Shown: positions 30,214-39,302 of the stretch, one piece after another
Position numbering within the stretch: the first letter of the stretch is position 1
Layout: each line of letters begins with the position of its first letter
Origin: Nibricoccus sp.
GTDB taxonomy: Bacteria > Verrucomicrobiota > Verrucomicrobiia > Opitutales > Opitutaceae
DNA length: 64,000 nucleotides
Assembly: GCA_047602425.1 (NCBI GenBank)
Contig: JASGHG010000001.1
Location: forward strand, 32,001 to 96,000
Reading direction: 5' to 3'
The notes under the pieces: model-generated
What the model saw: the letters and a program-made list of their open reading frames with translations, nothing else
Told to the model about the DNA's origin: nothing
The model's database searches: none
Made by a program: the position numbers and the translations under genes

Positions 30214-30528
30214 ATGACGCTCATCATTCGAGATCAGCTGGTTAACCCACCGACTTGGTTCGCTTCGTTTCGAGATCTCACGCTTTATTGCAATGTCTTT
30301 TTGCATTTGGAAATCGTCGTGGAATCCAATGCGATCGACACCTACTACCGCTGGATCAAGCCGCGCGGCGGCATGGATTTCATCGAGGACCTTGTGCGCC
30401 CCGGCAGCGAGGACGGCGTGCGGCTGGACATCGAACACAATTTCCCCCGCACGATCGTGACCGACCGCATCGCGCCAGAGAACGTGCACCGCTTGATCGC
30501 GCAGATCCAAGGTTTGCGGGCGGCGTGA
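30214..30528 (+). CDS. Hypothetical protein
   Basis: ATG start, protein-like composition, divergent from gpmI; no motif recognised. Confidence 0.7.
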   Translation: MTLIIRDQLVNPPTWFASFRDLTLYCNVFLHLEIVVESNAIDTYYRWIKPRGGMDFIEDLVRPGSEDGVRLDIEHNFPRTIVTDRIAPENVHRLIAQIQGLRAA

Positions 30529-30622
30529 AGAGCGCTAGCTGAGGTCGGGAGTCGGAGCTCGGAGGTCGGATGAAACCCGGGGACGCGGAGATTGTCGCGT
30601 TCCATCTGCAAACGTTCAATTT

Positions 30623-31216
30623 TCAACCCAACTTCTCCGTCACCAGCCGCCGCACCTCGTCGAGCCAGGTGGCGCGTTGTTCGGGTTTGCTCACGATGAT
30701 GGACGAGAAGCTGCGCCGAACCACTGGCACTCCACAAAGGCCGAAGACGACTTTGCACCAATGCGTTTCCAACGGATCGCCGTAGACGTTGCGGTCGACT
30801 TCGTCGGGCGTGTTGGCGGTGGTGAAGACGACAGCCGCCTTGGCTTTCAGCAAACCTTCGGGACGGGCGCCGCCTTTGCCGTCGGGCACGAAACGGTAGG
30901 CGCGGCCGGCGCGCAGTACGCGGTCTACCCAGCCACACAAGATCGCGGGCGGACGGCTCCAATAATTCGGGTGCACGATGACGATGCCGTCAGCTTCGCC
31001 GATTTCGCGGCAATGTTGTTCAATCACCGGCGGCAGCATGGCATCGCGAGCGGCCTCGGCCGTGGTGAAAATGGGATCGAAGTTTTCCGCGTAGAGATCG
31101 TGAATGGTTACCGTGGCCCCGCGAGCGCGCAGCGTTTCGGCGGCGGTGGCGACGATGGCGTGATTGAAACTGCCGGGCGTAGGATGACCGAGGATGATCG
31201 AGACTTTCACGCCCAT
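30623..31216 (-). CDS. NAD(P)H-dependent oxidoreductase, flavodoxin-like fold
   Basis: GHPTPGSFNHAI, HDLYAENFDP and P.YW...PAIL.GWVDRV. Confidence 0.9.
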   Translation of the reverse strand: MGVKVSIILGHPTPGSFNHAIVATAAETLRARGATVTIHDLYAENFDPIFTTAEAARDAMLPPVIEQHCREIGEADGIVIVHPNYWSRPPAILCGWVDRVLRAGRAYRFVPDGKGGARPEGLLKAKAAVVFTTANTPDEVDRNVYGDPLETHWCKVVFGLCGVPVVRRSFSSIIVSKPEQRATWLDEVRRLVTEKLG

Positions 31217-31330
31217 TGTTTAACCGCACTCGCACGATGATCGTACACGTCAAAACCTGCGCAGTTCTTGGCGAACGTTGGGCGGAAATTTAATTCGGCA
31301 AACCCAACGCAGGCCGAGAACAGAAGATTA

Positions 31331-31458
31331 AACCGCTAATTATCGCTAATCTTCGCTAATTTTAAACCATCCGGAGACAAACCAAAGCTAACGGACGAGA
31401 AGCGGGGTGATTCAATCAGCCTCTGCCAATTGGCGAAAATTAGCGCCAATTAGCGGTT
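31331..31458. repeat. Inverted repeat with 10-nt periodic arms (CGCTAAT core x3 / ATTAGCG core x3)
   Basis: AACCGCTAAT-TATCGCTAAT-CTTCGCTAAT ... ATTGGCGAAA-ATTAGCGCCA-ATTAGCGGTT with a 68-nt spacer. Confidence 0.85.
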
Positions 31459-31514
31459 AATAAATTCCGAGTTGCGGTCTGAGCGTCACTCTCCTCGCCT
31501 TCGCAAACCTTCGC

Positions 31515-32174
31515 TCACGGATAGTACTTTTTCCGCGCGCGCACCTGGACGAAACGTTTCTCGGGCAAAATGTAAGCCGTGAGAAAACCGCCCATCACGC
31601 AGGCGGTATCAATGCAGACGGACCATTTCAGTTTGTAGATCTCGGGGCGCGATGTGTGACCGTACACAACGAAAGGCGGACCGTTCCAGAGATCGGCCCA
31701 GGGAGGACAACCCTCGGCTTCGGAACGTTTGCGCGGTTTGCCGTCCTCGTCGATGAGTTGGATGCGCGTGACGACTTGGGCGGGCTGTTTTTGCCAAGGT
31801 TCGTCGGGAAGAAAACCGCCGTGGACGAAAACTGTGTTTAACTCCTCGACGTAATGCGTGAGCTTCATCGCCTCGAGGTACATCCAATCTTCGGGACGCA
31901 ATTTTCGAAACGTTTCCTCGTCGCCGGCCTTGAGGAAAGCGGTGTCTTTGGTTTTGCGGAAATTGAGCAGTCGCAATTCGTGATTGCCGAGAAGGCAAAT
32001 TGCACGGTTCGCGCGGGCGAGGTCGATGACCTTCAAGCTGTCGGGACCACGGTTGACGAGATCGCCGAGGAGAATGAGCTGGTCGTCCTTCGTCAGCGCG
32101 AGACGTTCGAGCAATTCGGCAAATTCGAGATGGCAGCCATGGATGTCGCCGATGGCGATGATACGTCCGTTCAT
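31515..32174 (-). CDS. Metallophosphoesterase (Ser/Thr phosphatase/ApaH-like)
   Basis: GDIHG, GDLVNRGPDS, GNHE, VHGG, YGHT and IDTAC. Confidence 0.92.
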   Translation of the reverse strand: MNGRIIAIGDIHGCHLEFAELLERLALTKDDQLILLGDLVNRGPDSLKVIDLARANRAICLLGNHELRLLNFRKTKDTAFLKAGDEETFRKLRPEDWMYLEAMKLTHYVEELNTVFVHGGFLPDEPWQKQPAQVVTRIQLIDEDGKPRKRSEAEGCPPWADLWNGPPFVVYGHTSRPEIYKLKWSVCIDTACVMGGFLTAYILPEKRFVQVRARKKYYP

Positions 32175-32230
32175 TTCAGCGAGCGCAAATTGGCTAGCCT
32201 CAGCGCGGACGACAAGTAAACAAGTGAGGA

Positions 32231-32794
32231 ATGGAATTGCAGCTACAACCACTCGCCTCCGCCTGCCACGTCTCCGGACAGACTTTCGTGGAGGGCAATC
32301 GCGTCACCAGCGTGCTGGTGAGCCAGAAAACCGGCGAGATCCTGCGCTTCGATCTGCTCGAAACGGAAGCGGGCAAATTCACCGCCGAAGGTCCGGTGGT
32401 TTGTCGTTGGGTGCAGGTTTTCAAGGCGCGTCGCTCGAACGAAAATCCCGACCGCGCGCTCAAGCTCACCGCGGAAACACTCTTCACCACACTGGCCGAT
32501 CCCTCTGCCGAGCCCACGCCGGAAAACACGCGCCTCGTGCAGTTCCTCGCGCTCATGCTGGAGCGCAAACGCGTGCTCAAACCCAAGGGCCGCACGGCCG
32601 ATGGCGCACGCAATATTTTCGAACACACCAAAACCAAGCAGCTTTTCGAGGTGCCGGTCGGCGAGCTCACGCCGGAATTTTTCATCCAGGTACAAGCCCA
32701 ACTCGGCCTGCTCGTCGGCGAACCGAAGGCCCCCGCAGTTCCGGGAGCGTCGGTCCCCTCGCCTGCCCCAGTGACGCCGCCGGCAGAGGGCTGA
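32231..32794 (+). CDS. Hypothetical protein
   Basis: ATG preceded by GTGAGGA; typical codon usage; LALMLERKRVLK segment; no family recognised. Confidence 0.8.
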   Translation: MELQLQPLASACHVSGQTFVEGNRVTSVLVSQKTGEILRFDLLETEAGKFTAEGPVVCRWVQVFKARRSNENPDRALKLTAETLFTTLADPSAEPTPENTRLVQFLALMLERKRVLKPKGRTADGARNIFEHTKTKQLFEVPVGELTPEFFIQVQAQLGLLVGEPKAPAVPGASVPSPAPVTPPAEG

Positions 32795-32827
32795 GATTAT
32801 AGAGGAAAACGCCGGGTTCGACGGCGC

Positions 32828-33487
32828 TCAACGATACCAGTCAACCTTCTGCACCGTGCCGCCCTTCATCGCGCGGCCGAAAATCACGGTAAAGGTGACC
32901 GTCGAATTGGGCTGCATGATCTGATGGCTGCGCAGGATCGTCTTGATATTGCCCGACGAATCGGCCTCCACAAAATCGGCGCCCTTAATGATTTCGTCGC
33001 TGCTGAAAAACACCAGCAGCCGCCAGGGACGAATATCTTGAGGCGAATCCGTGGTGTTGGTGATCGTCACGTCCACGGTGTTGCCCTTGGGCACGTACGA
33101 ATCGATCCGGAGGCCGTTGTAAAGATCCTGACTGCTCGCGGACGACGCCCGGCGCTTGGCGGTTGGCGGCGGTGCGGGCGGCTGATTTTTCCGGGCCTTC
33201 TCGCGATCGGCTTCGATTTGGGCATCGGTGCGCTTGGCCGGGCGTTTCGCTTCGAGCGCAGCGCGGTATTCGTCGGGAAATTGTTCGTAGGCGACGGTCT
33301 GAATGCCCTCGGACGCCTTCACCATCACCACACTGGCCGAAAACGATTTCGCCTGCGCCGCGTGCAAAACACGTCCGTCCTTCAACGTGACGTCCACCGG
33401 TTCATCGAACAACGGAGCCGCGAGGACCGCCGTGCCGAACAATTGCAACACAACCAAAAGCATTCCTGCAAAGTTGGTCTTTTTCAT
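32828..33487 (-). CDS. Hypothetical exported protein
   Basis: Signal peptide ending AVLA; VTLKDGR small N-domain, Pro/Ala linker and beta-rich C-domain. Confidence 0.8.
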   Translation of the reverse strand: MKKTNFAGMLLVVLQLFGTAVLAAPLFDEPVDVTLKDGRVLHAAQAKSFSASVVMVKASEGIQTVAYEQFPDEYRAALEAKRPAKRTDAQIEADREKARKNQPPAPPPTAKRRASSASSQDLYNGLRIDSYVPKGNTVDVTITNTTDSPQDIRPWRLLVFFSSDEIIKGADFVEADSSGNIKTILRSHQIMQPNSTVTFTVIFGRAMKGGTVQKVDWYR

Positions 33488-33730
33488 GGGATAGGGCCGC
33501 AGTTTGCACCAAGTAATTTGTTTCGGCCAATCCTAAAAATCGCGGAGGGGCGAGGTGGAGACCCTAAAGGGCGGATTCCGCCTCGGCCAAATCAGTCGAC
33601 GGAACGTTCGCCCGAAATCAAGCCGACGGCAATGTCGTCCGGAGTGTTGGCGTTATCTTTGTCGAGCCATCAATTTTGCAGCGGGTCGGTTGCGATTCGC
33701 CGGAGGGCTGAATTACTTCTTCTTTTGTCC

Positions 33731-35257
33731 ATGACCCAATCTCCCTCTCCTTCTGAGGCGGAACACGAGGAATTTTCCCTCCCGCTTTTCGTCATCACAG
33801 TGCTGGCCACGCTGGCTGGCCTGTTCGCACTTCTGCGTTTATGTGCGCCGGGCGTTTGGAGCGCACAATTTCTCGCGGCTCCCTGGCAATGGGCGGTGGC
33901 TTTTATCGCGATCAGTCTGGTCAACTGTTACATCGAATTCTTTTTTCACCGTTATGTGCTCCACACGCCCGCGGTCACATTTCTACGCCGGCTTTATAAA
34001 CAGCATACGTTGCATCATGCGCTTACCCACATCGCGCGCAAACGCTCACACGACGGACGCGGGATTCTTTTTATCGAAAACAAATTTCCCATCGTCGAAC
34101 CGGAGCAGGGCGAAGCTTCGTTTTTCCCATGGTATTCGCTGACCGTGTTTGCGCTCGTGCTGACGCCACTGCTCTCCTTGCTGCAATGGCTGTTTCCCAT
34201 GTGTCCATGGTTTTTTGCAGGCTTCGCGGCGTTGGCGGTTTCGTTGAGCCTCTACGAAATCCTGCATGCGATCAATCACTGGCCTTTTGAGAAATGGGAA
34301 CCGCTCATCCTTCATCCGCGCTGGGGAAAATTCTGGCGGCCGGTTTACGGTTTTCATCTTCGCCACCACGCGGTGACCGACTGCAACGAATCGATCTCCG
34401 GCTTTTTCGGGCTGCCCCTCGCCGACTGGACGTTCGGCACCTGCGTCATTCCCCAGACCATCTACGCCGACGGCGAGGAATCCTCGCCCGAAAAATTTCG
34501 CAGCCCGAATCCGCGGCGTCTCATTCGTTGGCTCGATGCTTGGGCGCAAGGCGTGGTCCAAACACGCCGCGCCGCCGCTTCCAAGCCTGCCGACCTAACC
34601 AACGTACCCGCTCCACGCGTTTATACCCGTGGTGAAATCATCGCCGACTGGGTCACGCATGGGATCGGGCTCGCCGTGAGCATCGCGGGGCTGACCTTGC
34701 TCATCGTGTTTTCCAGCCTGCGCGGCGATGCCTGGCACGTGGTCAGTTTCACCGTATTCGGATTAACACTACTGGCGCTCTCCACCGTTTCGACGATTTA
34801 CCACGCCCATTACCAAGGGCGTTTGAAACACCTTTTCCGCAAGCTCGACAATGCCGCGGTTTTCCTCCTCGTCGCCGGCACCTACACGCCTTTCCTGCTC
34901 ACCAATCTGCGCGGCCCCTGGGGCTGGTCGCTCTTCGGTGTCATCTGGGGCCTCTGCGGAGCGGGCGCAGTGTTTCATTTGTTTTTCGGCGCGCGCTTCC
35001 GACTAACCTCAACCATCGCCTATCTCTTCGTCGGCTGGCTGATCGTCGTCGCGCTCGAACCGCTGGTGGCCAGCGTGCCGCTGGGCGGCTTGTGGCTGCT
35101 GCTCGCGGGCAGCCTCTGCTACACGGTGGGCGTGGTGTTTTTCCATTGGGAACGCCTGCGCTATCATCAGGCGGTTTGGCATGCGTTGGTGCTCGGCGGA
35201 AGCACGTGCCATCTGCTCGCCGTATTGCTTTTTCTGTTACCCGGAAAAACGGCGTGA
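33731..35257 (+). CDS. Fatty-acid hydroxylase/sterol desaturase-like domain fused to hemolysin III (PAQR/TrhA) domain
   Basis: His boxes HRYVLH, HTLHH, HAINH and HLRHH in the N-half; E..ADWVTHG, STIYH, LD.....LLVAGTYTP and VWH..VLGGSTCH in the C-half. ATG 33731 chosen because the ORF-track start overlaps the opposite-strand gene. Confidence 0.88.
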   Translation: MTQSPSPSEAEHEEFSLPLFVITVLATLAGLFALLRLCAPGVWSAQFLAAPWQWAVAFIAISLVNCYIEFFFHRYVLHTPAVTFLRRLYKQHTLHHALTHIARKRSHDGRGILFIENKFPIVEPEQGEASFFPWYSLTVFALVLTPLLSLLQWLFPMCPWFFAGFAALAVSLSLYEILHAINHWPFEKWEPLILHPRWGKFWRPVYGFHLRHHAVTDCNESISGFFGLPLADWTFGTCVIPQTIYADGEESSPEKFRSPNPRRLIRWLDAWAQGVVQTRRAAASKPADLTNVPAPRVYTRGEIIADWVTHGIGLAVSIAGLTLLIVFSSLRGDAWHVVSFTVFGLTLLALSTVSTIYHAHYQGRLKHLFRKLDNAAVFLLVAGTYTPFLLTNLRGPWGWSLFGVIWGLCGAGAVFHLFFGARFRLTSTIAYLFVGWLIVVALEPLVASVPLGGLWLLLAGSLCYTVGVVFFHWERLRYHQAVWHALVLGGSTCHLLAVLLFLLPGKTA

Positions 35258-35639
35258 TAATTTTGCGAAAACGGACGCGCTCCGCGGTTCGGGAGTTGCG
35301 TCCGGCCAAATGTTGTTTTTAGTAAACGTGTTCAAGTGACACGTCAGTTTGTCCGATCAGTAGGGTGTTCTTACGCACGGTTGAGTTTTGATCGTGGTTT
35401 GAGTCCGACAGCGAGACAGTGAAATTGCAGAGCAGAGAAGCGATTCAGGTTCGTTGTAAGTGATCGAGAAAACGCAGTTCGCAGGACCGACAGCCAACTG
35501 TCGGCGATAGACGTTTGTTCATCCGAGTTCGCGCCCGTTCGCAGAAGATCGCGCCGAAGCTCACGCCGTGCCCTGTACGCAGACAGATGATCCGAGCAGT
35601 TCAAACGAATCCATCCCACCCATATCAGGAGACATTCCC

Positions 35640-36080
35640 ATGAAACTCTCATCTCTTTTAGCTCAACGCCAGGCACTGCTAAAAAAAGCGCGCCTGGCCA
35701 ATCTCGCTTTTGCCTTTGAAAGGCTGAGCGACTTCACCCAGCGCATCGCCCGCGCGCAGCTCACCGGCAAAGTCCGGCTGCAAACCGCGTCGCTCGATGC
35801 CCAGCGTTACTGGCCGGCCCTCACCGCGCTCGAAGGCAACCAGTCCGTCATCGAGGAACATTTCAACGAGGAAGACCTCCTCTATTTCGCCGACGTACTT
35901 ACGTATGTCTCCAGCGAAAACCAGCTGGACCTCGTCTTTCGACTGGAGGAACTCGAGGCCCGTTTTCTCGCGCCCCTGCGCAAAGATCTCGCCGAGGCCG
36001 GCATCATGATCGATCTCGAACAGTCCAACGGGCATCACGAAAACTCGGTCGATTGTTCCCAAACCGAAGAAAGTAGCTAA
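35640..36080 (+). CDS. Hypothetical protein
   Basis: ATG with AGGAGA RBS; helical, acidic C-half. Confidence 0.8.
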   Translation: MKLSSLLAQRQALLKKARLANLAFAFERLSDFTQRIARAQLTGKVRLQTASLDAQRYWPALTALEGNQSVIEEHFNEEDLLYFADVLTYVSSENQLDLVFRLEELEARFLAPLRKDLAEAGIMIDLEQSNGHHENSVDCSQTEESS

Positions 36081-36094
36081 ATCCACCGCCAGCT

Positions 36095-36316
36095 TCAGGT
36101 CATGCGCTGCAACTTTGCACCCTTGTTGCCGTCGTCACAGGTCAGCGCAAAATCGCCATGAATCCCGTCCGGCATGACATGTGACTGCAGCAGCGCGGCC
36201 GGGAATTGCACGGTCAGTCCATCGACGCAGCGCACCACGATGTTTTTGGCGGTACCACGATAGTAGGCCAGGTATTTTTCCGGCGGAATGCTGAGGTGGA
36301 ACTCGTAGCGTTTCAT
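36095..36316 (-). CDS. DUF2835 family small protein
   Basis: F.L.I.....L.YYRG....I.VR..DG..VQFPA..L...V..DGIHG.F.L..D pattern. Confidence 0.8.
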   Translation of the reverse strand: MKRYEFHLSIPPEKYLAYYRGTAKNIVVRCVDGLTVQFPAALLQSHVMPDGIHGDFALTCDDGNKGAKLQRMT

Positions 36317-36350
36317 GCCCGTGGCGGGAACCCAAAACCTCTCGCTTTTT

Positions 36351-36425
36351 TGGTGCGGGCAGAGGGAATCGAACCCTCCTCTCATGCTTGGGAAGCACGC
36401 ATAATAGCCGATATACTATGCCCGC
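36351..36425 (-). tRNA. tRNA-Gly (anticodon CCC)
   Basis: Minus strand reads GCGGGCATAGTATATCGGCTATTATGCGTGCTTCCCAAGCATGAGAGGAGGGTTCGATTCCCTCTGCCCGCACCA: acceptor stem, anticodon loop TTCCCAA, T-loop TTCGATT and encoded CCA. Confidence 0.96.
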
Positions 36426-36501
36426 GAGAGGTTGCGCCGATCAAAGCCAACCACGACGCACCCGCAATCCTGAAATTACAGTTTAAAGCGGCGCCGACGC
36501 C

Positions 36502-37098
36502 TCAGCGATATTCGCGGCGGCCATCGAGCGCGCTTTTCAGCGTGATGGAGTCCGCATAGAGCACGCCACCGCCGCTGGGCAGTCCGAAGCCGATGCGCGA
36601 AAACTTCACACCGCGCTCCGCCGGGACGTGTTGCGTGAGATAGTGGCAGGTCGCTTCGCCTTCCACATCGTTGGAAAGCGCGAGAATGAGTTCCTTCACC
36701 TCGCCCGACTCGATGCGCGCCAGGAGCGAGGGCAGGTTGAGATCGTTTGGCCCTACGCCCTGGATCGGCGAAAGCTTGCCATGCAGCACGTGGTAGACGC
36801 CGCGATAGGCACCGGAACGTTCCAGCGCCACCAGGTCGGGCACGTGCTCGACGACGCAGACGACAGCCTGATCGCGGCGTTCGTCGGCGCAGAGCGCACA
36901 GCGGTCGCCTTCCGCGATGTTGCCACAACGCTCGCAGCGGCGCACGGATTTCGCCGCTTCGTTCAAGGCTTCGACAAGAGCCGGCAACTTAGCCGGCTTT
37001 TCGACCAGCAGGTGCAGCGCGATACGTTCCGCGGAGCGATAACCCAGCCCCGGAAGTTGTTTCAATTGCTTCTGGAGCTTTTCAAACGCGGGAGTCAT
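36502..37098 (-). CDS. recR: Recombination mediator RecR
   Basis: LPGLG..SAER HhH, C4 zinc finger, CVVE...D, YHVL.G.LSP, EGEAT and RIGFGLP.G...YAD. Confidence 0.97.
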   Translation of the reverse strand: MTPAFEKLQKQLKQLPGLGYRSAERIALHLLVEKPAKLPALVEALNEAAKSVRRCERCGNIAEGDRCALCADERRDQAVVCVVEHVPDLVALERSGAYRGVYHVLHGKLSPIQGVGPNDLNLPSLLARIESGEVKELILALSNDVEGEATCHYLTQHVPAERGVKFSRIGFGLPSGGGVLYADSITLKSALDGRREYR

Positions 37099-37102
37099 CG
37101 GA

Positions 37103-37204
37103 AAATGGAGAACGTGGAATGCAGAACAAAGAAAGGAGAACTCAAGGCAGCCTGCCGAAGAACCTACTCCTCATTAACACTTCTGCATTTTTAATTCTTC
37201 ATTT
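37103..37204. repeat. Degenerate heptamer inverted repeat (GAATGCA-like / TTCTGCA-like)
   Basis: About five GAA-phased 7-mers, then about five complementary 7-mers, between ybaB and recR. Confidence 0.65.
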
Positions 37205-37206
37205 GC

Positions 37207-37515
37207 TCACATGAGCCCTGGCATCTGGAAAGCGGAGGTGACCTTCTGCATTTCTGCTTCGTTCTGCTCCTTGGACTGCTTGGCAGCGTCCTGGATGGCG
37301 GAGAGAATCGTGTCGGAAACGATCTTGGCGTCTTCCTTGAGAAATTCGGGATCGAGCGTGAGCGCGAGGAATTTGCCTGAACCGTTGATCTTCACTTTCA
37401 CCGCGCCGCCACCGCTCGTGACTTCGAGCTCTTTGGCTTCGAGTTGAGTTTGGAGCGTCTCGATTTGACGCTGCATTTTCTGGGCTTGTTTAAGGAGTTT
37501 ACCGACGCCGGCCAT
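37207..37515 (-). CDS. ybaB: YbaB/EbfC nucleoid-associated protein
   Basis: LLKQAQKMQ...L...E....SGGGAVKV..NG; directly upstream of recR; ATG at 37515. Confidence 0.93.
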   Translation of the reverse strand: MAGVGKLLKQAQKMQRQIETLQTQLEAKELEVTSGGGAVKVKINGSGKFLALTLDPEFLKEDAKIVSDTILSAIQDAAKQSKEQNEAEMQKVTSAFQMPGLM

Positions 37516-37845
37516 GGGATTTGAAGTTGAGGTTTGAGTTAAAAGTTGAAGGAACGTGTCTCGCGCCATCCGAGGCGCAATTCCCAACATGGTGCGTTGT
37601 GGGCGGAAGAAGCAAACCGATTTCATCGACGGGCACGGAGCCCTTTTTGCAGGCATTTCAATCCCCTCGACTTGCCGGGCCTTTCGGAATATTGCTTCCG
37701 GCGTTGAGATAAAAAACAAGCCGGAGATCAGGCCACGTCGACAAGCGCGGATCTCCCCCGTCTCAGTTCATGCAGGTGCAAAACGGTATTCCAGCTCACG
37801 AAGCACTCGCCGTAGCGTGCTAAAACCCGGTCAACCCGACTAGCC

Positions 37846-38364
37846 ATGAAAACCAAAGCCATCGCATTCAGGTATTGGATTGCGGGAGCGTTCATCGCTC
37901 TCTTTTGGACTCAAATCATTGTTTCGGCACAAGCTGGTTCCCCACCCGCCCCGATCGCGGCAGAAGAAAAGGCGATCCGTGCGATTTTCGACGAATACGC
38001 CCGCGCCTTGAAAGCGGGCGACTCGAAGGCCTGGCTCGCGTTGTGGGACGAAAATGGCAGGCAATTATTCCCCGGCCAACCCATGCATATCGGCAAAGCG
38101 GGGATCGCGTCGGCGAATGCGCCGGTCATCGACGATTTCAAGGCGGGCAGATTCGAAATGGAAATCGAGACCCAGGAAGTGACGGTCTTTTCTGAAGGAT
38201 TTGCCTTCGCTTCGGGTGTTTACCACTGGGAATGGACGCACAAGGAGCCGGAGAAAAAAACCGACCGCTACGACGGCAAGTTTCTAACCATCTTCAAGCG
38301 CCAAGCGGACGGAACGTGGAAAATTTTCCGCGACGCTTTTAACTCAAACGTGCCAAACGCCTGA
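37846..38364 (+). CDS. Exported NTF2/SnoaL-like (DUF4440/YybH) protein
   Basis: Signal peptide; AIRAIFDEY..AL.AGD...W..LW and GKFLTIFKRQADGTWKI.RD. Confidence 0.88.
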   Translation: MKTKAIAFRYWIAGAFIALFWTQIIVSAQAGSPPAPIAAEEKAIRAIFDEYARALKAGDSKAWLALWDENGRQLFPGQPMHIGKAGIASANAPVIDDFKAGRFEMEIETQEVTVFSEGFAFASGVYHWEWTHKEPEKKTDRYDGKFLTIFKRQADGTWKIFRDAFNSNVPNA

Positions 38365-38378
38365 GCGCGGAACGGCTG

Positions 38379-39284
38379 CTATTCCAGCATCGCCGCGTAT
38401 CCTGCCCGAAAATCGCCGTAGCGCGGATTCCAGCCGAGCATGGCTTTGATTTTGTCGTTCGCGATGACGCGATCCGGCGTCACCGCGCGGCGACCCGCCG
38501 TCGGTTCGCCCGTGAAACGCGGCGCAGAGCAATCGATTTTCTGCGCAAGCCAGGCCACCAGATCGGCCTTGGACACAGCGCCGTCGTCGGCGACGTTGAA
38601 AGTTTCGTTCGCGATTTTTTCCGGCGCCGCAAAGGCCGCCAAAATCGCCGTCACAATGTCATCGCGATGGATCAGATTTAATCGGTGCTCCCCTCGCCCT
38701 CCGATCTTGGTTTCGCCCGCTCGCAGCTGATCGAGCAAGTGATGGCGCCGCGGACCGTAAATGCCCGCCAGGCGCAAAATAAACCAACGCGCGCACGCGG
38801 CGGCCGGCGCCGCACGCAAAAGATTTTCCGCCTCAAATAAAATCGCGGGCGTGCCAACGGCCTCGGCGATTGGTGCGGTTTCGTCGACGCGCGCGCCACC
38901 ACTTTGCGGATACACCGACGTGCTGCTCGTATAAATCATCGTGCCCATCGGACCGCGTTTTGCCGCCCACGTAAGAATCGAGCGCATGCCTTCGACGTAG
39001 CTTTGTCGATAGCCTTCGATTCCGCCACCGCCCGAGCTCACGCAATTGAGCACAAAGTCCGCCCGGGTCTTGAGTTTGCTGTGCCACGATTCGGAGGCGA
39101 GATCGTCGATGACCACATCGCAACCCTCGGCCGCGAGCGAAGCGACTTTTGCGGGATTTCGCGTAAGGGCGGTGACCCTTGCACCGAGCGCGCCGGCCGC
39201 CGCCGCGACTGCGCCGCCAACATATCCCGCGCCAAAAACGACGAGAGATTTTCCTTTGAAAAAATCTGATGCAAGTGCGGTCAT
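38379..39284 (-). CDS. NAD-dependent epimerase/dehydratase (YeeZ-like SDR)
   Basis: FGAGYVG, YTSSTSVY, LRLAGIYGP and NLIHRDD; ATG at 39284, divergent from the DJ-1 gene. Confidence 0.9.
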   Translation of the reverse strand: MTALASDFFKGKSLVVFGAGYVGGAVAAAAGALGARVTALTRNPAKVASLAAEGCDVVIDDLASESWHSKLKTRADFVLNCVSSGGGGIEGYRQSYVEGMRSILTWAAKRGPMGTMIYTSSTSVYPQSGGARVDETAPIAEAVGTPAILFEAENLLRAAPAAACARWFILRLAGIYGPRRHHLLDQLRAGETKIGGRGEHRLNLIHRDDIVTAILAAFAAPEKIANETFNVADDGAVSKADLVAWLAQKIDCSAPRFTGEPTAGRRAVTPDRVIANDKIKAMLGWNPRYGDFRAGYAAMLE

Positions 39285-39302
39285 TTTGGGTAACGTAACA
39301 AC

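Noticed and set aside
32924..33730. N-terminal 269 aa of the 777-aa ORF-track call
   Set aside because: Overlaps the opposite-strand gene 32828-33487; protein-like sequence starts at ATG 33731.
36351..36425. tRNA-Gly as an integration site of an island
   Set aside because: No duplicated tRNA 3' end and no integrase were found in the window.
37520..37845. Possible SRP RNA or other ncRNA upstream of ybaB
   Set aside because: No SRP helix-8 motif or other recognisable RNA signature seen.
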